Source: Lama guanicoe
Taxonomy: Eukaryota
DNA length: 64,000 nt
Assembly: GCA_013239625.1 (NCBI GenBank)
Contig: MU054001.1
Span: 5,000,167-5,064,166, forward strand
Direction: 5' to 3'
Positions within the stretch are counted from its first letter, which is position 1, and each line of letters opens with the position of its first letter. Positions 23,936 through 38,856 of this stretch are shown here, one piece after another. The notes below the pieces were generated by a model. It did no database searches, had not been told where the DNA came from, and saw only the letters and a program-made list of their open reading frames with translations. Position numbers and translations under genes: made by a program.

Positions 23936-26900
23936 AAATCAAGCCAATTTCTTTTTGACCCAAAGATTCTGGCATCCTAAAATCCTCATCTCATTTTAAG
24001 TTAAAAATAAATCCATGTTTGAGTATTGACTCTGTTTCAATTACTGACTGCACTAGGTTTTACAAAGCTAATTAAGATTGACAAGTAAATAACCATAATC
24101 AGCATGATAAACACTGTAATGGAAACTTTGCTTTTGGAATACAGATGCAGAAGTGATTAATTCTGCCTGGGTGGGTTTTGGAAAGTTTCAGAAAGGTAGT
24201 GAGCTGGGTAGAGGGTGAGTATAGGTAAGGAAAATAGTGAAGTGTTTGGCATATCCAGAGATTGTAGGTGAGCTCAGAGGGGCTAGAGTGGAGAAGAGCA
24301 AAGTCAGCCAAGGACCAGTTACAAATTGTTTGAACTTAATTCTCTAGGCAAGTGGGAGAAGCCACTGCCATGGGCTCTGAGAGATGGCTTGAAGAGGGGA
24401 AAGAATAGAAGTGAGAAACTCATTTGTTTTCACTAAGGGCTGTGAACACAGAAAAGGCTGTGGTATTGAGAAGAAAAGTAGAGAACTGAGAAATATTTAA
24501 AAAGATGTGAGACTTTCTGCCCTGTTGGGAGTGGAGAACCAAGGAGGATTCCATGGTGGTCTTGAAGTTCCACCTTGAAGGAGTGAGTGGGTGGCAACGC
24601 TTCCTACTAACACAGGGGACTCAACTACTGTACAGCTTTGGTGTGGAGGGAGAGAGTGGTCCAGACCCTTTCTTAAGAATGTGCTAATACATGCATTTTT
24701 ATACACTGGGATTTTGCCTCTAATCACTGCTGTAGACAAAGGAAGGATGGAATTGTTTCAAACCTAGTTGCTATGATTGGATTTCCCTGATATCCCTGGG
24801 GCTATTATATTTGCTATGGGTATACCACAGCCTTAAATTGCATGATCATCTGGAATGACCCTAGGCTGGCATTTAGGAAAATATAATTCTTTAAAAGGGC
24901 TAAAAGTAAGCTATTTCTCTCCACACTAACCTTTTTTTCCTCTATATGTGTGACCTAGATCCACTTACTTAACCCACAGCCAGATCCATTCTAGAACCTT
25001 CTGGAGGTCATTGGACCCCATGACCAACACTAATCTTCTCCCTGGTCTGTCTGCTGCTGACCATTTCCATTCCATTCTTGACCCTGATTTCTCTTGCCAG
25101 GTGCAATTCTGAGAGCTGACAATGGTAAGCTTGGCTTCATAATACATCCTTTTTACGTAAACTTACAAACCTCAAGAACATATTTGGCTTTTCCCCCTGT
25201 GATACTAAGCCTCATTCTTGATAGCATTTTGCCTTTGTTGTGAATAGTAAAGTTCTTCTGGTTCTTCTGTTAAGAACTGTGTGGATCTAGGGTTTGATGA
25301 CATCTTTAGACTTGGATTCTAAAAAGGCGCTACCACTGTGCACTTGGCTAAAGGAAACACTTATATTTTTACCAGTGAATGGTTTTCATTTATCAAATTC
25401 TCAGCCAGCACAAAAAGCTAAGGTCATGCAATGAGTACCATCCTACAACACTACTCATTTCTGAAGGCACAACATGATGACTGGTAGCTTTAGAGCTGTT
25501 TTCTGGAAACCAAGCACAGGAACATCTTTGTTATTCCACACCTAGGGAAACAGAAGGTGTGTAGTCCTTTATTCATTTTTGCCCCCTTTTTGAACAGTCA
25601 TCTCTAAGTGATTCTCTACTAGACCATAAGCTCTCTGAGGACAGAATAAGGTTCTAATCCATATCTAAATTCACACCATCTAGCACCATGATTGTTATAT
25701 GGCTGGGGTCAAGTAAAAAGTTTGTTGAATTAATAGTACGTGGCAGGAGCACTCACAGCCAGAAGGAGCGATCCTCAGCCATGATGACTGGGCAAGTGAA
25801 ACTGCTTTGCCATAGCAGCACTGGAGGCAGAGTCAATGAATATCATCATGTAATATGAAACTTCCAAAGGAGTGGAGAAACTAGACTCATGGATAAGCAA
25901 TGTAGTCATCAAAGCCACAGTGTCTTAGAGGTTTTTTAAAAGTCAGAACCATGCCACATAAGCAATAAATTATGAAGGCTGAGCATGTGAGTAAAACTTA
26001 ATATTGTCATAAATTTTATGACAAAGTTAATTTGACACATATTTAATGACATGCATAATTATTATTATGCAGCATTGTAATCAGACATTAATAAGCAGTT
26101 CATACCAATGATGGTAGGAGTCTTTACTTGTGTTCAGTGGAACCAACTGCTTAGCATTCCATTCTCTCCTTCTTAGTTATTAATTCTTCACACCTACTAT
26201 AACCATCAGTGGTGATGGGCTTCTCTGATGCTGTGAATAATTTAATTCTCAATGTATGGATACAGAAACCCTTACTAAGACAGTCTCAAGCAGGTAAGGC
26301 TCTCTGCACATCCTCTACCACCCAAGACACCTGAAACAGAACCCTACAGGCACTCAGCCTGCAGCCCTTGGACCACCATCAACATAGTCCGACTCTGATA
26401 GCTGGAAGTCTACTGTTGGGAGATGTAGATATCGAATAATATCCTCCCAACTGAGAAGGAACTTCGAGACCAGAAAAGGAAGTGGGCAACTCCACGAAGT
26501 GCAATTATAAGTTTTACTGTGGGTAACTAATATACAGGCAGGATAAGGGCGGAGACATTTGCAGCTGCACTCTGTGGAGCTTAAAGTGGTACGGGGGGCT
26601 TAAAGGAGCCAAAGCTAAAGCAAAGTCTGACCAGCAAGTGAGAAGCACATCAGTGCCAACGGGAACCAGGGGCCTTTCCTCCCCTGCTGGTCTCATGACC
26701 ATCAATCACCTGCATCTGCAAAAGGCATTCTTCCAGTTTTCATATCTGACGAAGCAAGGGTAAAAGCTGATAGGGAACTCATCTGGCTGGATGCATTCCT
26801 TATGAGTAGGCTTAAGTTCAGTCACACAGAAAGGGGAGGGGTTAGGACTGCAGGCCGGGGATGGAGCTGACAAAATGGAGTCAGTGTTGTTCGGCCCAGA

Positions 26901-29900
26901 GGATTTTTCTAAAATTAAGGAAAGCCTCTATGACCCCAAAGGAGCACACTGGAATTGAGGGAAAATTAACCATCACCACCCAGAAGTTCTCACCAATGGA
27001 CTAAAGGGCATTGGTGAATGAAGCCCTCATCCCTTACTCCCCAGGACAAGGAGCAGTGATGCTGAGGGTGGATCTGCACTGACTCCCAGAGGTCCCACTG
27101 GGTTCCCACTGTGGTAAATGGCTTCTGAATATGCCCTTTGACAGCCTTCCTTTCCCTGCCTCACTTCTCCACCCTCCAACCAGTGCTTCATGGGGTTACC
27201 ACCAAAGAAGCCACTTGCACTTGAACCCTTGTCTTCAGATCTGCTTCTAGGGGAACTCAAAATGAGATGCTGCTCCAGGGATGGGGCTGAAAGTCTGATG
27301 CATTCCCTTCTATCTGTAAGGGAGCCTCGTATCACACACACACACACCCACACACACCCACACAGTCATATTGTGGCTTCCTGGGGGTGCCAGCCAGTTG
27401 CAGGAAGTGGAAGAGCTGTGCTCTAAGCCTATGTGACTCCGAAATCAGCTCAGTCGCCACATCAGGGGCTCAGGAAGATGGAAGAATACGTGGTCATTGG
27501 GAAAATGGAGAATGTTTTCTGGATTCCTGAAAAACTGGAAGACAGTGGAGGGCACGAGTCCACCTGGCTTGAGCAGAGAAGGGAGAGAGCATATGCTGAG
27601 AGTCCTATTACTGAGGAAAGACCTCTCCAGATGCCTGATCTGCAACAATTATGCAGTCTAAGTATCGCTGGGGAATAGGTCTCTTGCAATCTCATCCCAG
27701 CTTATCCTTCTCAGGACAGTCTGGAGACCTTCATTCTGCAGTGAGAGAGAGAGAGTGAGGCACACATCGCCTTGATGAAGAGTCACAGAAGCACATTCAT
27801 GCTAAGGTGTCAGTGACTCATAGCTTCTTTTCCATTTTTATGATGGGGAGGTGCTTAAGAACATAAAGGCACTAATGAACTAAATGGAGAAGGAATGTCT
27901 CCATCAAATAAAAAGCAGAGAGGGGGGAAGGCAGTGGTGACCAAGACCAAGCCCCTTTCCTGCATTTGGCCAACAGCTCTGTTGGGGCACCAACAGAGAT
28001 GCTGAGTATGAAGGTGTCCTGTGGCATGTCTGTTGCAGTGAACACAGAGAACCATGGAGCGTTAAATTCCAAACCAGAAACACAAATGTAGAAAACACAC
28101 CCTCACGAGGGTCAGAAGAAATCTGAGTAGTGGTAGTGGTGCAGGAAACCGCATGATTAGAGTTCACAGTCCAGTGCCCCTGCTCATCACCCTGTATTTT
28201 GGGTAGATCACCTCACATCTCTGGACCTCGATTTTGCCATCTGTGAAACAGGAGTAATCCTATCCATCCTGCATATCTTAGAGTTGGTTATGAGGCTCAT
28301 GTGATGCATCCCTGGTAAAGATGTGTAATTTAATTGTCTGGCTGAATAGGTTGAAGTCCCCGCTCAACACACTGCAGCTCAACTTGGGCAATCTATTCAC
28401 CCCTGGTTTCCTTATCTGTAAAATGAGATTTTAAAAAATCATAAGATTATTCCAATGATTAATTACAGCAATGCACATAGAGAATCTAGCCTGGTATTTT
28501 ATACTTATTATATTAGTTATTAAAAGCAATATGTAAAATATAGAGTATTAAATGGGTGTTTAAGGCATTGAAAACAAACTCCTTGCTTGCTGCAGTCATC
28601 CTGAGCCCTTTCAGAGGGCAACAGTCGGAACATAAAAGGTTAATGATTTGGCTATGTTAACGTGGCATGCTGCTTCTCTTTTCTCTGGATACAGTGGGCT
28701 TATTATTAAAACTTGTTTAGTGAATATTGAGCTGCCATGAGGCCTAACATTTAGTTTCAGTTATTAGATTAAATATTTGCTCTGAGTGGTATTTGAATTG
28801 CTAGGTTCTAGATTTTTCTGGTTGGTAAGGTCTCCTTTGTATTTTGTACGGAGGCTAACAATGGTATACCGACTACAGAACAGAGGTGCCATTTTTCAAA
28901 GATATTAAAACCGTGGTTCACTAAAACACTGTGGCTGGTGGCAGAGAATTCAAAGAGTGAACTGAACTCTTCTTGGTGAAGAAACATTGAGTGGAAGAGA
29001 GAGGACATTATTTTAGGTATTTTTCATTATCAAATCATTCTGGTTTGAACATGTAAGATGTTGCTATGTTCTTTTCTCCTTACTTTCAGCCTGTTAATGA
29101 CTAAGTCCATTTCTGATTTGGAGTTTGCTAACAAAAGAAAATATAATCCAAAAGCCAAGTCAGTATTAAAAATTATAAAGCTAAAATTTTATATAATTAT
29201 AAACTAAATACACAAACTTTTGTTAACAGATGCTCACCCTTGCTCTCTTCACAGAGTGAGAAAATATGAAAATATGAAATAATATGAAAACAAGGCAAAC
29301 GCATTTTGGAAAACAAAACAGGAGCACAACAAAAACACACTTCAAGCAAAATCTTACATATCTCAAATTCATTGTTAGTTAAATTCTAAATTTTAGTAAG
29401 TTAATTAGGTTAGTTTGGATGTTTGGGTGCTTCTACTCCCAAATATGATCTCTGAGGGACTTCTGGGTCCATGTAATACAGACACTTTCCAAAGTTACTC
29501 ATCTGAACACACCACATGAAGAAAGGTCATGTGCCATCTATATAACTATGTAACATCTATGTAACTTTCTATGTAAATATATAACATCTGTGTAACTATG
29601 TAACATCTATACCGCATGCTCAAAACATAGGAAAACGATCTTGTATTTATAAGAGGAAGGTCTCTCAATGGTGTCATAATGTCAGGCCAATCAACTTGCA
29701 ACTGTAAAAAGGACACTGGTAGGTACAATGGTGGGGCGGGAAGGGAGCAACAGAATAAAGGACTTCTTGTTAAGTGATGAGAAAGGAACATTAATAGCCT
29801 ATCTCACAATAATGAGCTTTAAAAAAATTTGAAACTGAAATCTTCAAAATGAGAAATACAAATGATTCACAAATAAACCCAACAGGTCAAATCCTGTCAA

Positions 29901-32900
29901 CTGCTTGATTGGGAAGAGTAGTGAGTACAAGCTATACATTTCAACCCACTGGCTCACTTTGCACAGCATCAACTCACTTCTTAGTATGTTATTAATATAT
30001 CTTTTGCAAAAGGACCTGTTGGTAAATTGTACACATCTACTTCTAGGCGCCATCACATAACCTGATACAAAGTAAGCATTCTTCTTACAGGTTAAAAAAT
30101 AGGGATGGTGTGAAAATTTAAAAAGTAAAAGCCTATTGTTATGTTGTGACCAGATTGTTATGTGAATTTCACCTTCACCCAGTAAAAGGTTAAAACCTGG
30201 ATATTAAAAGGTAATGCAAGTAGCACATTATCCCTCATTTCCCAAAATGTCAGATCACAAAAGTATCACTACATAATTGCTTGTACTTTATTCCTTTGCT
30301 TTCCTCTTTTCTCTGTGCATCTTTGTAACAATTTTTAAAAGTAGAAATATAATTGTCATGTGAACAGTTGTAAAAATGATTAAAAGATATGGAAAAGCAT
30401 AACATGAATTCCAATAATCTGTTTCTGTCAGTAATATATATGGAACGCTATTTAGGGGCAAAAGAGGAGAAAGAGAAAAAAGGGAGAGAGGTATATCACC
30501 TTAGAAATTAAAAAAAACTGAACCTCATTGTTTACTAGCAAAAATTTTCATATTTAAATGAATCAGAGCTAACTCCTAGCTAGAAACACTACATCGTCAT
30601 CATTGGATTCAGCATGAGTGCCTTTTTAGAGGAGGCAATGCTGCAGGAGAAAAGTGGACAGGTTTTTAGAATTGGGGGACAGAAAATAACCCCACCTCTG
30701 CTAGCTAAATGACCTTGGGCAAATTTGTTTCTCTGTGCCAGACTACATTTTGACATTCAAAAATTTGACATAATATCTGAAAGCCTCATGTTGAGGTGAA
30801 TACGTATTTGTCTGTCAAAGGTTTATTAGTCTTTAAATAGATATAATCATGCAAATGCAGGCTATTGTTCTGTAATGCCAACTGTCAAACATACTATTTA
30901 CTTCTATCCAACTTACATACCTATAGGCTTCTAATAGTCTTTTCAATTGTTAAGTGTTTATGTATAAGACGATTTTCCTACCGGGATTATTTTACCTGAT
31001 GCTTTTCTTAAACATGTAACCTTGAGTCCACTCCACAAAATAAGGCTTTGATTACAGCAATGCACATAATAAAGGTTATCCTCATTTCTAAGATGTCAAA
31101 CATCATTTTTAAAAAGAGAACTACTTTTGAAAGAGATGTATTTGCGCTGGGAAGAAAATATTTCTACTTCTAATTACAGATGATTTATTGATGAACGCAA
31201 ACCACAGCCTGTCTGAGAGACCCTTCTATGAGTATCCTCCTGTGTGGTTTGCAGGTTAAGGAGAGGGGAGCAATGCCTTGATGGTACCAATGGACATTAT
31301 GTGGACTTTAATACTGTTAAAAGGAAATTCTCTTTTAGGCTTAAGAAAAACTGTATTAATTTATTATTAATTACATTTATTGAAGTTCATTGAAGGCTAA
31401 AAAAGTCATCATCCTAACCAAAGACAATCATCAATTTATCTGCTGATTAATTTACTCTACCAGCCATCGTCTATAAATACTATTTATAGAAATTTTATTA
31501 TTCCTGTACATATGTGCTATTGATAGAACTTTGCATCTTGCTTTCTTCCCAGCTAATATCAATAGATTTTAAAGGGCAATAATCTGGAAATTGTCTCAGA
31601 TACATAGGGAAATACATTTCAATTGAAATAATTTAGTGGACAGTGGATCAGGAAGCCCCAGCCCCCCCCGCCCCGTTTTTCTCATCTTGTTGCATAGAAA
31701 CAAAGGTTCTTATTTAGAATGAGTGGGGATAAGCAAACTGATTTTGGCCTCTATCGTCTACTTTAAAAATGTAGCCCCATCTAGCAACAATATTATGAGA
31801 AACAAAAGAAAAAACAACTGTGTACATTTTCCATAGGGTCATTTCCTCAGACTACCAAAGCCCATCTAATTATCAGCTCCATGCTTCAGGCTTAAAATGG
31901 ATCTCTCTGAAGCAATGACAGATTTTTTACCAAGTGACTGGGATAGAAACACCGTTTGGGTCGCACAGCAAGACATATGCTACAGAGAAAAGTGGTTCAA
32001 AATAGGCAAGTGGGTTTCTCTGGAATGAACGAGAGCCGTTGTAAACAGCTTCATCTTCAGTGCTTCACGTCCGCGCTGGTGTGGCAGTTCCTTGTTTCTT
32101 CCACGGGTGATGGCGGCACACGGCTTTCCTGATTTCCTTACACTAATGAGCTGCTATAAATCTGTCTTTTTTATTCCAGAGAGCCCTAACTTCAGCTTTT
32201 AGGCAATGCTGAGGGTGCACCCTATATTCTAGCCTCACCTTTTGCAAGGTGTACGCTCAGCATTGTGGGCGATTTCCATGGGAGAATATTTTATTTAAAG
32301 AACTACTGCCTCAGCATAATACCAAAAAAATCACTTATGAAGTTGCAAGAGACATGGGAAGCTTTCAGTTATGTTTATACAAGCACAATGCCAGAGCCTC
32401 CCTTTCCTGGTCCCCAAGAGGGTGGGGAGAAGGGTGCTCATTGGTAAGGAAAGGCATACAGAAGGTATTCAGGTAATCACAGGAGTTAGAAAATTGAAGT
32501 TTTTTCAAACCAGATTTGCACATACATGTCTTGAGCCCAAGAGTCTGCTTTGTGGTCAGATGGGCACTGACATACAGGAGGGAGGGAGAGAAGGAGCCTA
32601 AAGCAGAAACACAAGGCTCTTTGTGTTTTTGACCTCAAGCACAGACATCAAATTCTTCTCTTAGCATGTTTTAAAATGGAATTTCTTTAAAACAAGACAT
32701 ATTTAAAGGGCACATTAAAATTTATTTTACAAACATTTCATAGAAGAAAACCCAGCAAACCATTCTCCACTGACAAAATGTGCCCAGGCAACATGATAAT
32801 TACCTTCACCTTTCATTTACAGGCAGCAGACTCACAGTCCTTGAATTTGCTTACATTTAAACGTGGAAATGACAACATAAAATGTATGATGTTGGTTTTC

Positions 32901-35029
32901 TGATTAAATCCCAAGATAGAAAAAAAGTCTTTTAATGTCATACCAAAAACAAAAAACAAAAAACATGCCAACTCCTGTGTTGTGAGGTATCTTTTTAAGG
33001 ATGTTTCAGCAGAAAAAGTTGTGTTCTCATAATTGTGTGGACCAATGATACGGAGGATGATTTAGCTTCAATATTATGGTGGTAAAGGTCATAATGAGAA
33101 GAACGCGGCTGGCCACAAAGTCAAACCTCTCCCTCAGATAACTTCCATAGAGGGCAGGAAGTTTTGCTGGTTTTGTTCACTGGTGTATCCCCGGTCTCCA
33201 CAACAAATACCTGCCACACTGTAGGTAGTCAATACATATTAGTTGAATGAATACGTAAATACAGAAAAGGAAGTGCATGATATGTTTGTGAAACTGCCAA
33301 CTGTGTGTGTAAGGTTACCGAGGTACATTAAATCGTCTTTGTTTTCAATTTGGGAATGAAGACTTTCAATGGAATTGAATGAAATATATCTACCAAAAAT
33401 CAAACATTATCGCCTGGACTTTTGCACAGCGAGAGAAGAAAAATCACCAGCAAAGCACCAGGGGAGTGCCTGGCCAACCTCAAGATGAGTCTGGGGCAAG
33501 CAGGGGGCAGTGGGGAATATACTTGTGGTTCTATTTCTAGTGCTCCCACTCCCTGGGCACCCGAGGAGGAGGGGGCAGCAGTGCTTACGGATGGACAGCT
33601 CGTGCCAGGTACAGGCTAATCACATGCATTAGCTCTCTCCATTCTGAAAACCAGCCTTTAAGGTAGATAAATGCTCACTGGTATTCCTACTTTGCTGATG
33701 AGGGAACTTAATGCAGAGAGATTATATATCTTATCAAAAGGTTCTTGCGGAAGAGGCACCAGCATGGGATTTTGGCCCTTGCATGCTGATTTTAGAGCCC
33801 ATGCAAGAACCACTATCTCAGAGGAACTTACCCTCCCTGGGCCTCAGTCTGCAAAATGTAGGCAGTTGACTTGAGAAGAATTAAAGTTCAACATATAAGG
33901 TTCAAGATTCTCCAGGTTAAAGGTCCAAAATTCCAATCTTTGTCTAAAAAGGCCATGGAAATCTCACTGCACTAATACCCCATCATCTTGATATTGCTGA
34001 TGCATGAAGTGTTGGGACCAATTTCATAATGAGGACAGAAGAAAGCATTGATGAAATTTAAAATATACTGACTAAATCAGAGATACATTTCAATACATCT
34101 CTAGTTACTTAAAACAATTACAGTATGCAGCATGTTACCATAACGACCAGAAGAAACAGGAATTTAACCGGTTTGTTTTCCTAGACTAGTAAACACTAGA
34201 ATTAAATAGATATTTTAATTGAGTTTATTCTAAATTTTGTTGCTATTTGTGGATAGCCTACTTGTCATAGATTACTTTCTAATTGCTTTATATTTCCTAA
34301 CTAGCTTTTAATACTGTTTTGGTATTAAAGGACCTCAAACAATACTGGGCAGTAGATATAAAATGGATAGTTAAGCTGAATGGATGACTAAAAGGATTCC
34401 CTCACAAGAACATATCTATTGAAATATACTTTATTGTGGCTTGCTTTCAAACTGTTGTTTTAAAATCTAAAACATTACCTGTTTTAAATAACAGTAAATT
34501 CTTTATTTGTTGAGAACATGCACAGATAAAAGTTTACAAGTTTAAAAACAGCAGTAATTGCCATACTTTTCAAGAATAAAAATACATTTTTATTTTCACA
34601 TCTTAAAAGGTTTTTATATTTCAAAAACTTTAAAACAGCTTTGTGAGCCCACAAAATATTGTATCTTTCTCGAGACATTAACATATCCTTGTACTGTAAG
34701 CATAGAATGTATTTTACTCAGAGATTTAGCATTTGCTACTTTAAAATATGCTTCTTTTGATTTGTTTCACTTTAACATTCTGAAAACAGCATAATTACAT
34801 TTGTCAGCAGGTAATTTTTAAAACTCATGATGAACATTTTTGTTTGAAATATATAGCTTTGGTAACATCATGCTCCTAATCTGAATTTGTAATGTATTAG
34901 GGTTTAATTCACAGTGATTTTCTTTTTCTATGATACAACCAGTGATTAAACAACTAATGGTTCCACAAGAGGATAAAATATATCAAATCTGTTGGTTTTG
35001 AAGGTGAAGCAAGATTTTGTACTGATACA

Positions 35030-35510
35030 GTGTATTACTGAGATCCCAGGAGGAAATGGAATTAAAGCCGAAGAGTTCAAACAGAGAGACTTTAATGAAG
35101 GGACAACCTACAGAGGTGTTGGCAGGGTCTGGGGAATCAACACAAGATGATAAGAACCCGGAGACTGGCAAACCTCCCGTCCTCAGGCTGAAGGTACAGA
35201 AGGAGTAAAGAGTATTGCTGGAGTGAGAGTTGGCACCCAGGAGAGGAGGAGGGGTGCTGGGCAGGAGCCACAATCTTGAAAAGGGGAAGCACTGACAGTC
35301 TTTTCAGGGTCATCGCTTCACACTCCCTGCACTGAAGCAGGGAGAGAGCAGGAAGAAATCCCCCAACTTCTCTCTTCTGTGTCTCTCTGATCCCCAGCTT
35401 GTGTCTTCCTTCTCTTGGCCCAAACCAAAAGCTAGTTGGAAAAAGTCAGCTGTCAGAGGCAAGAACAGTGACGAGGAAAGCAGGGAATGGCTGCAGGGCA
35501 GATGCATCAG
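35030..35510 (-). mobile_element. ERVL-class solo LTR (LTR33-like), antisense
   Basis: gactttaatgaagggacaacctacagaggtgttggcaggg is the reverse complement of the LTR33-type poly(A) region. cttggcccaaaccaaaagctag is also present. Confidence 0.5.
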
Positions 35511-36693
35511 GGAGCTCAGTCACGTCATTGTCCCTGAGGCCTGATGCAGGGCGGCAGGACCAGGCGTGCGCCTCTGACCTCATTTCTCAGATGTCTACCA
35601 GGAAACATCATTTTGGGAAAATAATTTAAAAAAAATACAAAACCCTCTTTTTCTTCTGCATTTCTCCCCTTCAAGTTCTATTTAAATCCTTCCTTTTGTT
35701 TACCACCCAATAACACAGAAATCTGGGGTTCAGCAAGCCCTCCAGTTAGCAGACTTTTTTTTCTAAGACAGCTTCCTGTGAGCTTTCTAAACCATGGGAA
35801 GTCTTTGTACAATTGTCAATGAATGCAACATCCAGGAAATTTCCTTAAGATCCCTACTAAAGTTGGTGATAACTTCCCAAATGTCAATCCAGCCATCCAC
35901 AAGTGATAATATCCACCATTTATTTAATAAATGCCAAAATGCATTTGAAGTCATACCAGAAATACTTGTTTGAATGTTCTCTGACCTATTAATTTTATAT
36001 GTGTGTAATTTTTGTGTAACTTTTGATTATAGGGCAATTTAAACAAATACAGAGAATAATCAACGCTACCAGGTAAGAATGTAGGTAGCACCACTACTAA
36101 GAAGTCTTCTGAGTAGAACCAGAGTCTTAAATGGAGGTTCTCCAGGGATGCATCTCTGACCGCTGCTAAATAGGAAGTCTGGGTTGGGGGGATCATTCAC
36201 TTTTGCAGTAGTCAAGGCCTGAAAATGGTGTCCTGTACATTTCATGCACTTGTTTGCTGAACTGGCCAAACTTTAGTTTGTCCCCATAATCACCACCCCA
36301 AAAGCACACAGATAATTACTTCTTGGAAAAATTCCAAAAAGCTTTTGATATCACCTATGTGGTTTTTCTCTCAAGAGTGGCTCTCTAGGATTACATTATT
36401 CTATGATTTTCTCCCCCTTGACCTTAATGTCATATACTTGAATAACAGTTTCATATAAAATTCCTACCAGCACAACCACAGTTGATTCAAGGCATTGTTT
36501 TAAAAATGGTACCAGCATCTTTCCCATTTAGTAGATGAAGGTGTAGTCTCTCCTTCTAAACAGTGGCTAGGAAATTGCATAATTTGGTATAAGTTAAAAG
36601 CTAAAGATATTTTGAATACATTATTTGATTTCTTTTAAGATCAAAGTTTTTTTTTAAAAAAAGAATTAAAATGTTACCACAAACCTGGCCTTC

Positions 36694-37129
36694 TATCCTA
36701 AAAGAAATACTGAAGGGTCTACTCTAAATAGAAAAAAAGGCTAGAAGTTATAGAAAATGAGAAAACCATAACTGGATATGCAATAACTACAGTGAATTGC
36801 AAGAGAATAAACACAAATATGTTAAAAAAAAGGACATCAAAATCATAAAAGGTGGAAGAGGAGAAAAAGAAAATATAGATTTTTTTCTCTTTTTTCCCCT
36901 TCATTCCTTTAAGGATGTATTTGAGCCTATATGGTTATCAGTCTAAAGCAAATATATAGTAATGGGTTAACATACTTGAAAAACAGGGTGATCACAAATC
37001 AAAAGCATATAACAGAGTCACAAAACCCAACAAGAAACCAAGCTAATACAAAAGAAAATTACCAAGCCACAAAAAGAAAAACAAAAAGGAAAAGAAAGGA
37101 ACGAAGAAGAAATACCAAATCAACTGGAA
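36694..37129 (+). mobile_element. Internal L1 fragment (ORF1 end and inter-ORF spacer) with perfect 16-bp TSD and no poly(A) tail
   Basis: CACAAACCTGGCCTTC at 36678-36693 and 37130-37145. The insert resembles a cetartiodactyl L1 spacer (aaagaaatactgaagggtct, gggttaacatacttgaaaaacagggt..cacaaatcaaaa, caaatcaactggaa). Confidence 0.75.
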
Positions 37130-38387
37130 CACAAACCTGGCCTTCATTAAAAAATAATCCTGCATTTCCTTGTATTTAATGAAAGTGCCCAATTACAAAG
37201 TTAATTTTGTAACATACCTTTTAAACTTAAATAGCAAAAATGTTGCAATCAAAATGAATCTGTCAGGCAAAATAAGACATTCACAGGAAGACCAAGGTTT
37301 GGGTGAAAGTTAAAATATTCTTTCACACTTTGCACAACTTAGAATTATTCCCAAATAGTCTAGAGCCAAGCATTAATTTGAAATGACCTTGACCATTGAA
37401 ACCTAAATTTAACACTCTTCAGAACAAAATAGCCTTTCTCTTCTGCTTTATGGGCAAATGAACTAAATGCTAGGGAATGGTACTGTCTGGGCCTTTGAAC
37501 CAAGGCTAAAAGAGATGAAATACTGTTTGATGTGTATAAACATTAGAGAATCCATTTTGAGTTAATAAAAGGATGGGTTAGTTTCATATTCTGTGACAAA
37601 ATATTCCCCTTTTCTTAAAGACACTGTCATTCCAAAAATAGGGGGTCATTTTTTTCCCAGGGTGGTGGTAGAGGGATCAAGATAGCTGTTATATTCATTT
37701 CTCAAATTGCATTGTGGTGGGAAATTTAGAGTGCAGTGCAGGGAAATAAACCTTTGACTTCACCAAAATATAAGGATGCAATTAAAGCAGCACATAAAGG
37801 ATATAACAGCAACAGTACAAATTCATTATCTGCAATCTTGCAGTTTCCTGAATCTCTATAACACGTTATTTTAAAAGCCTCAGACAGTTTTATAATACTT
37901 TACTAACATTCCAACACCTGAGAAGCCTTAGCAAGTTAAACTCATAGTCTTAAATTGCAGACATGACCTAACTCAATCCTTTTATTTTTCAGACTTTCTC
38001 AAATTTTCATTGGTTTTTATTAAGCAGTGAATAATGAGGAATTTCAGGTATCTGTCCACAAGGAAGGAAGATTTTCCCTTTTCTGGGAGGCTAAGAAATG
38101 AAAAGAAAAAAAAATCAACTCCAACAAAATGTTGTCATAGAAGTAATATGGAATAGCATGTTACAATTACTTAATTGTTTATACTTATCTGGCTCTACCC
38201 TTGAGGTACATTCAGATGTCAAAGCTGTGTTGATTGTATCTGATTGCATGTTTAGCTGAGATCTTCATGATCCCAAAGGACCAAGACAAACCCATATCTA
38301 CTGTTTTGGCTGCTGTATCACTCTTCATCATCATTCTTGTCAGGTGAAATATATTGCAGCTGATGCTTTGAAAGGAACAAAAGTAGA

Positions 38388-38856
38388 CATGTGTTGGTAC
38401 TGCCTGCCCAGCATCCTTTCTCTAATTTTCCTTTGGAGAACTCCCCTGGTCTAGATAATGTGGAGCTAACACCAAGCCCCTTTCCAGAAGAAGACATCTG
38501 AATCCAAGCTTAGTCAGCAGAATAGTCCATGTTCAGAGAGGGGCAAGTGACTCTGCCGTTCCTGTAAGAACAGCCCTGGGACTTCTGCAGCAAATATCAA
38601 AGGAAAAGTGCTCTCCTTTTCTTGCCAAGCTGGCAGTAGCTTCTAAGGGACTATCATATGGAAACAGTTTGCCTGAAAATAAAGCCAAAACCAGGAAACA
38701 GATCTTGATAACCCTGACTGATGGATCCAGCCAGCTATACCTTAACTGGCAAGACCTAGCTATCGGCTTTTTTACCAATCAAATGAAATCCTTAGTATTT
38801 AAGCCAGTTGGAATTGGTTTTGTCCCTTGCAGCTGTAAGAATCCTGAGTGTAACAA
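38388..38856 (+). mobile_element. MaLR (MLT1-like) solo LTR
   Basis: 3' end tttaagccagttggaattggttttgtcccttgcagctgtaagaatcctgagtgtaaca is typical of old MLT1. Confidence 0.55.
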
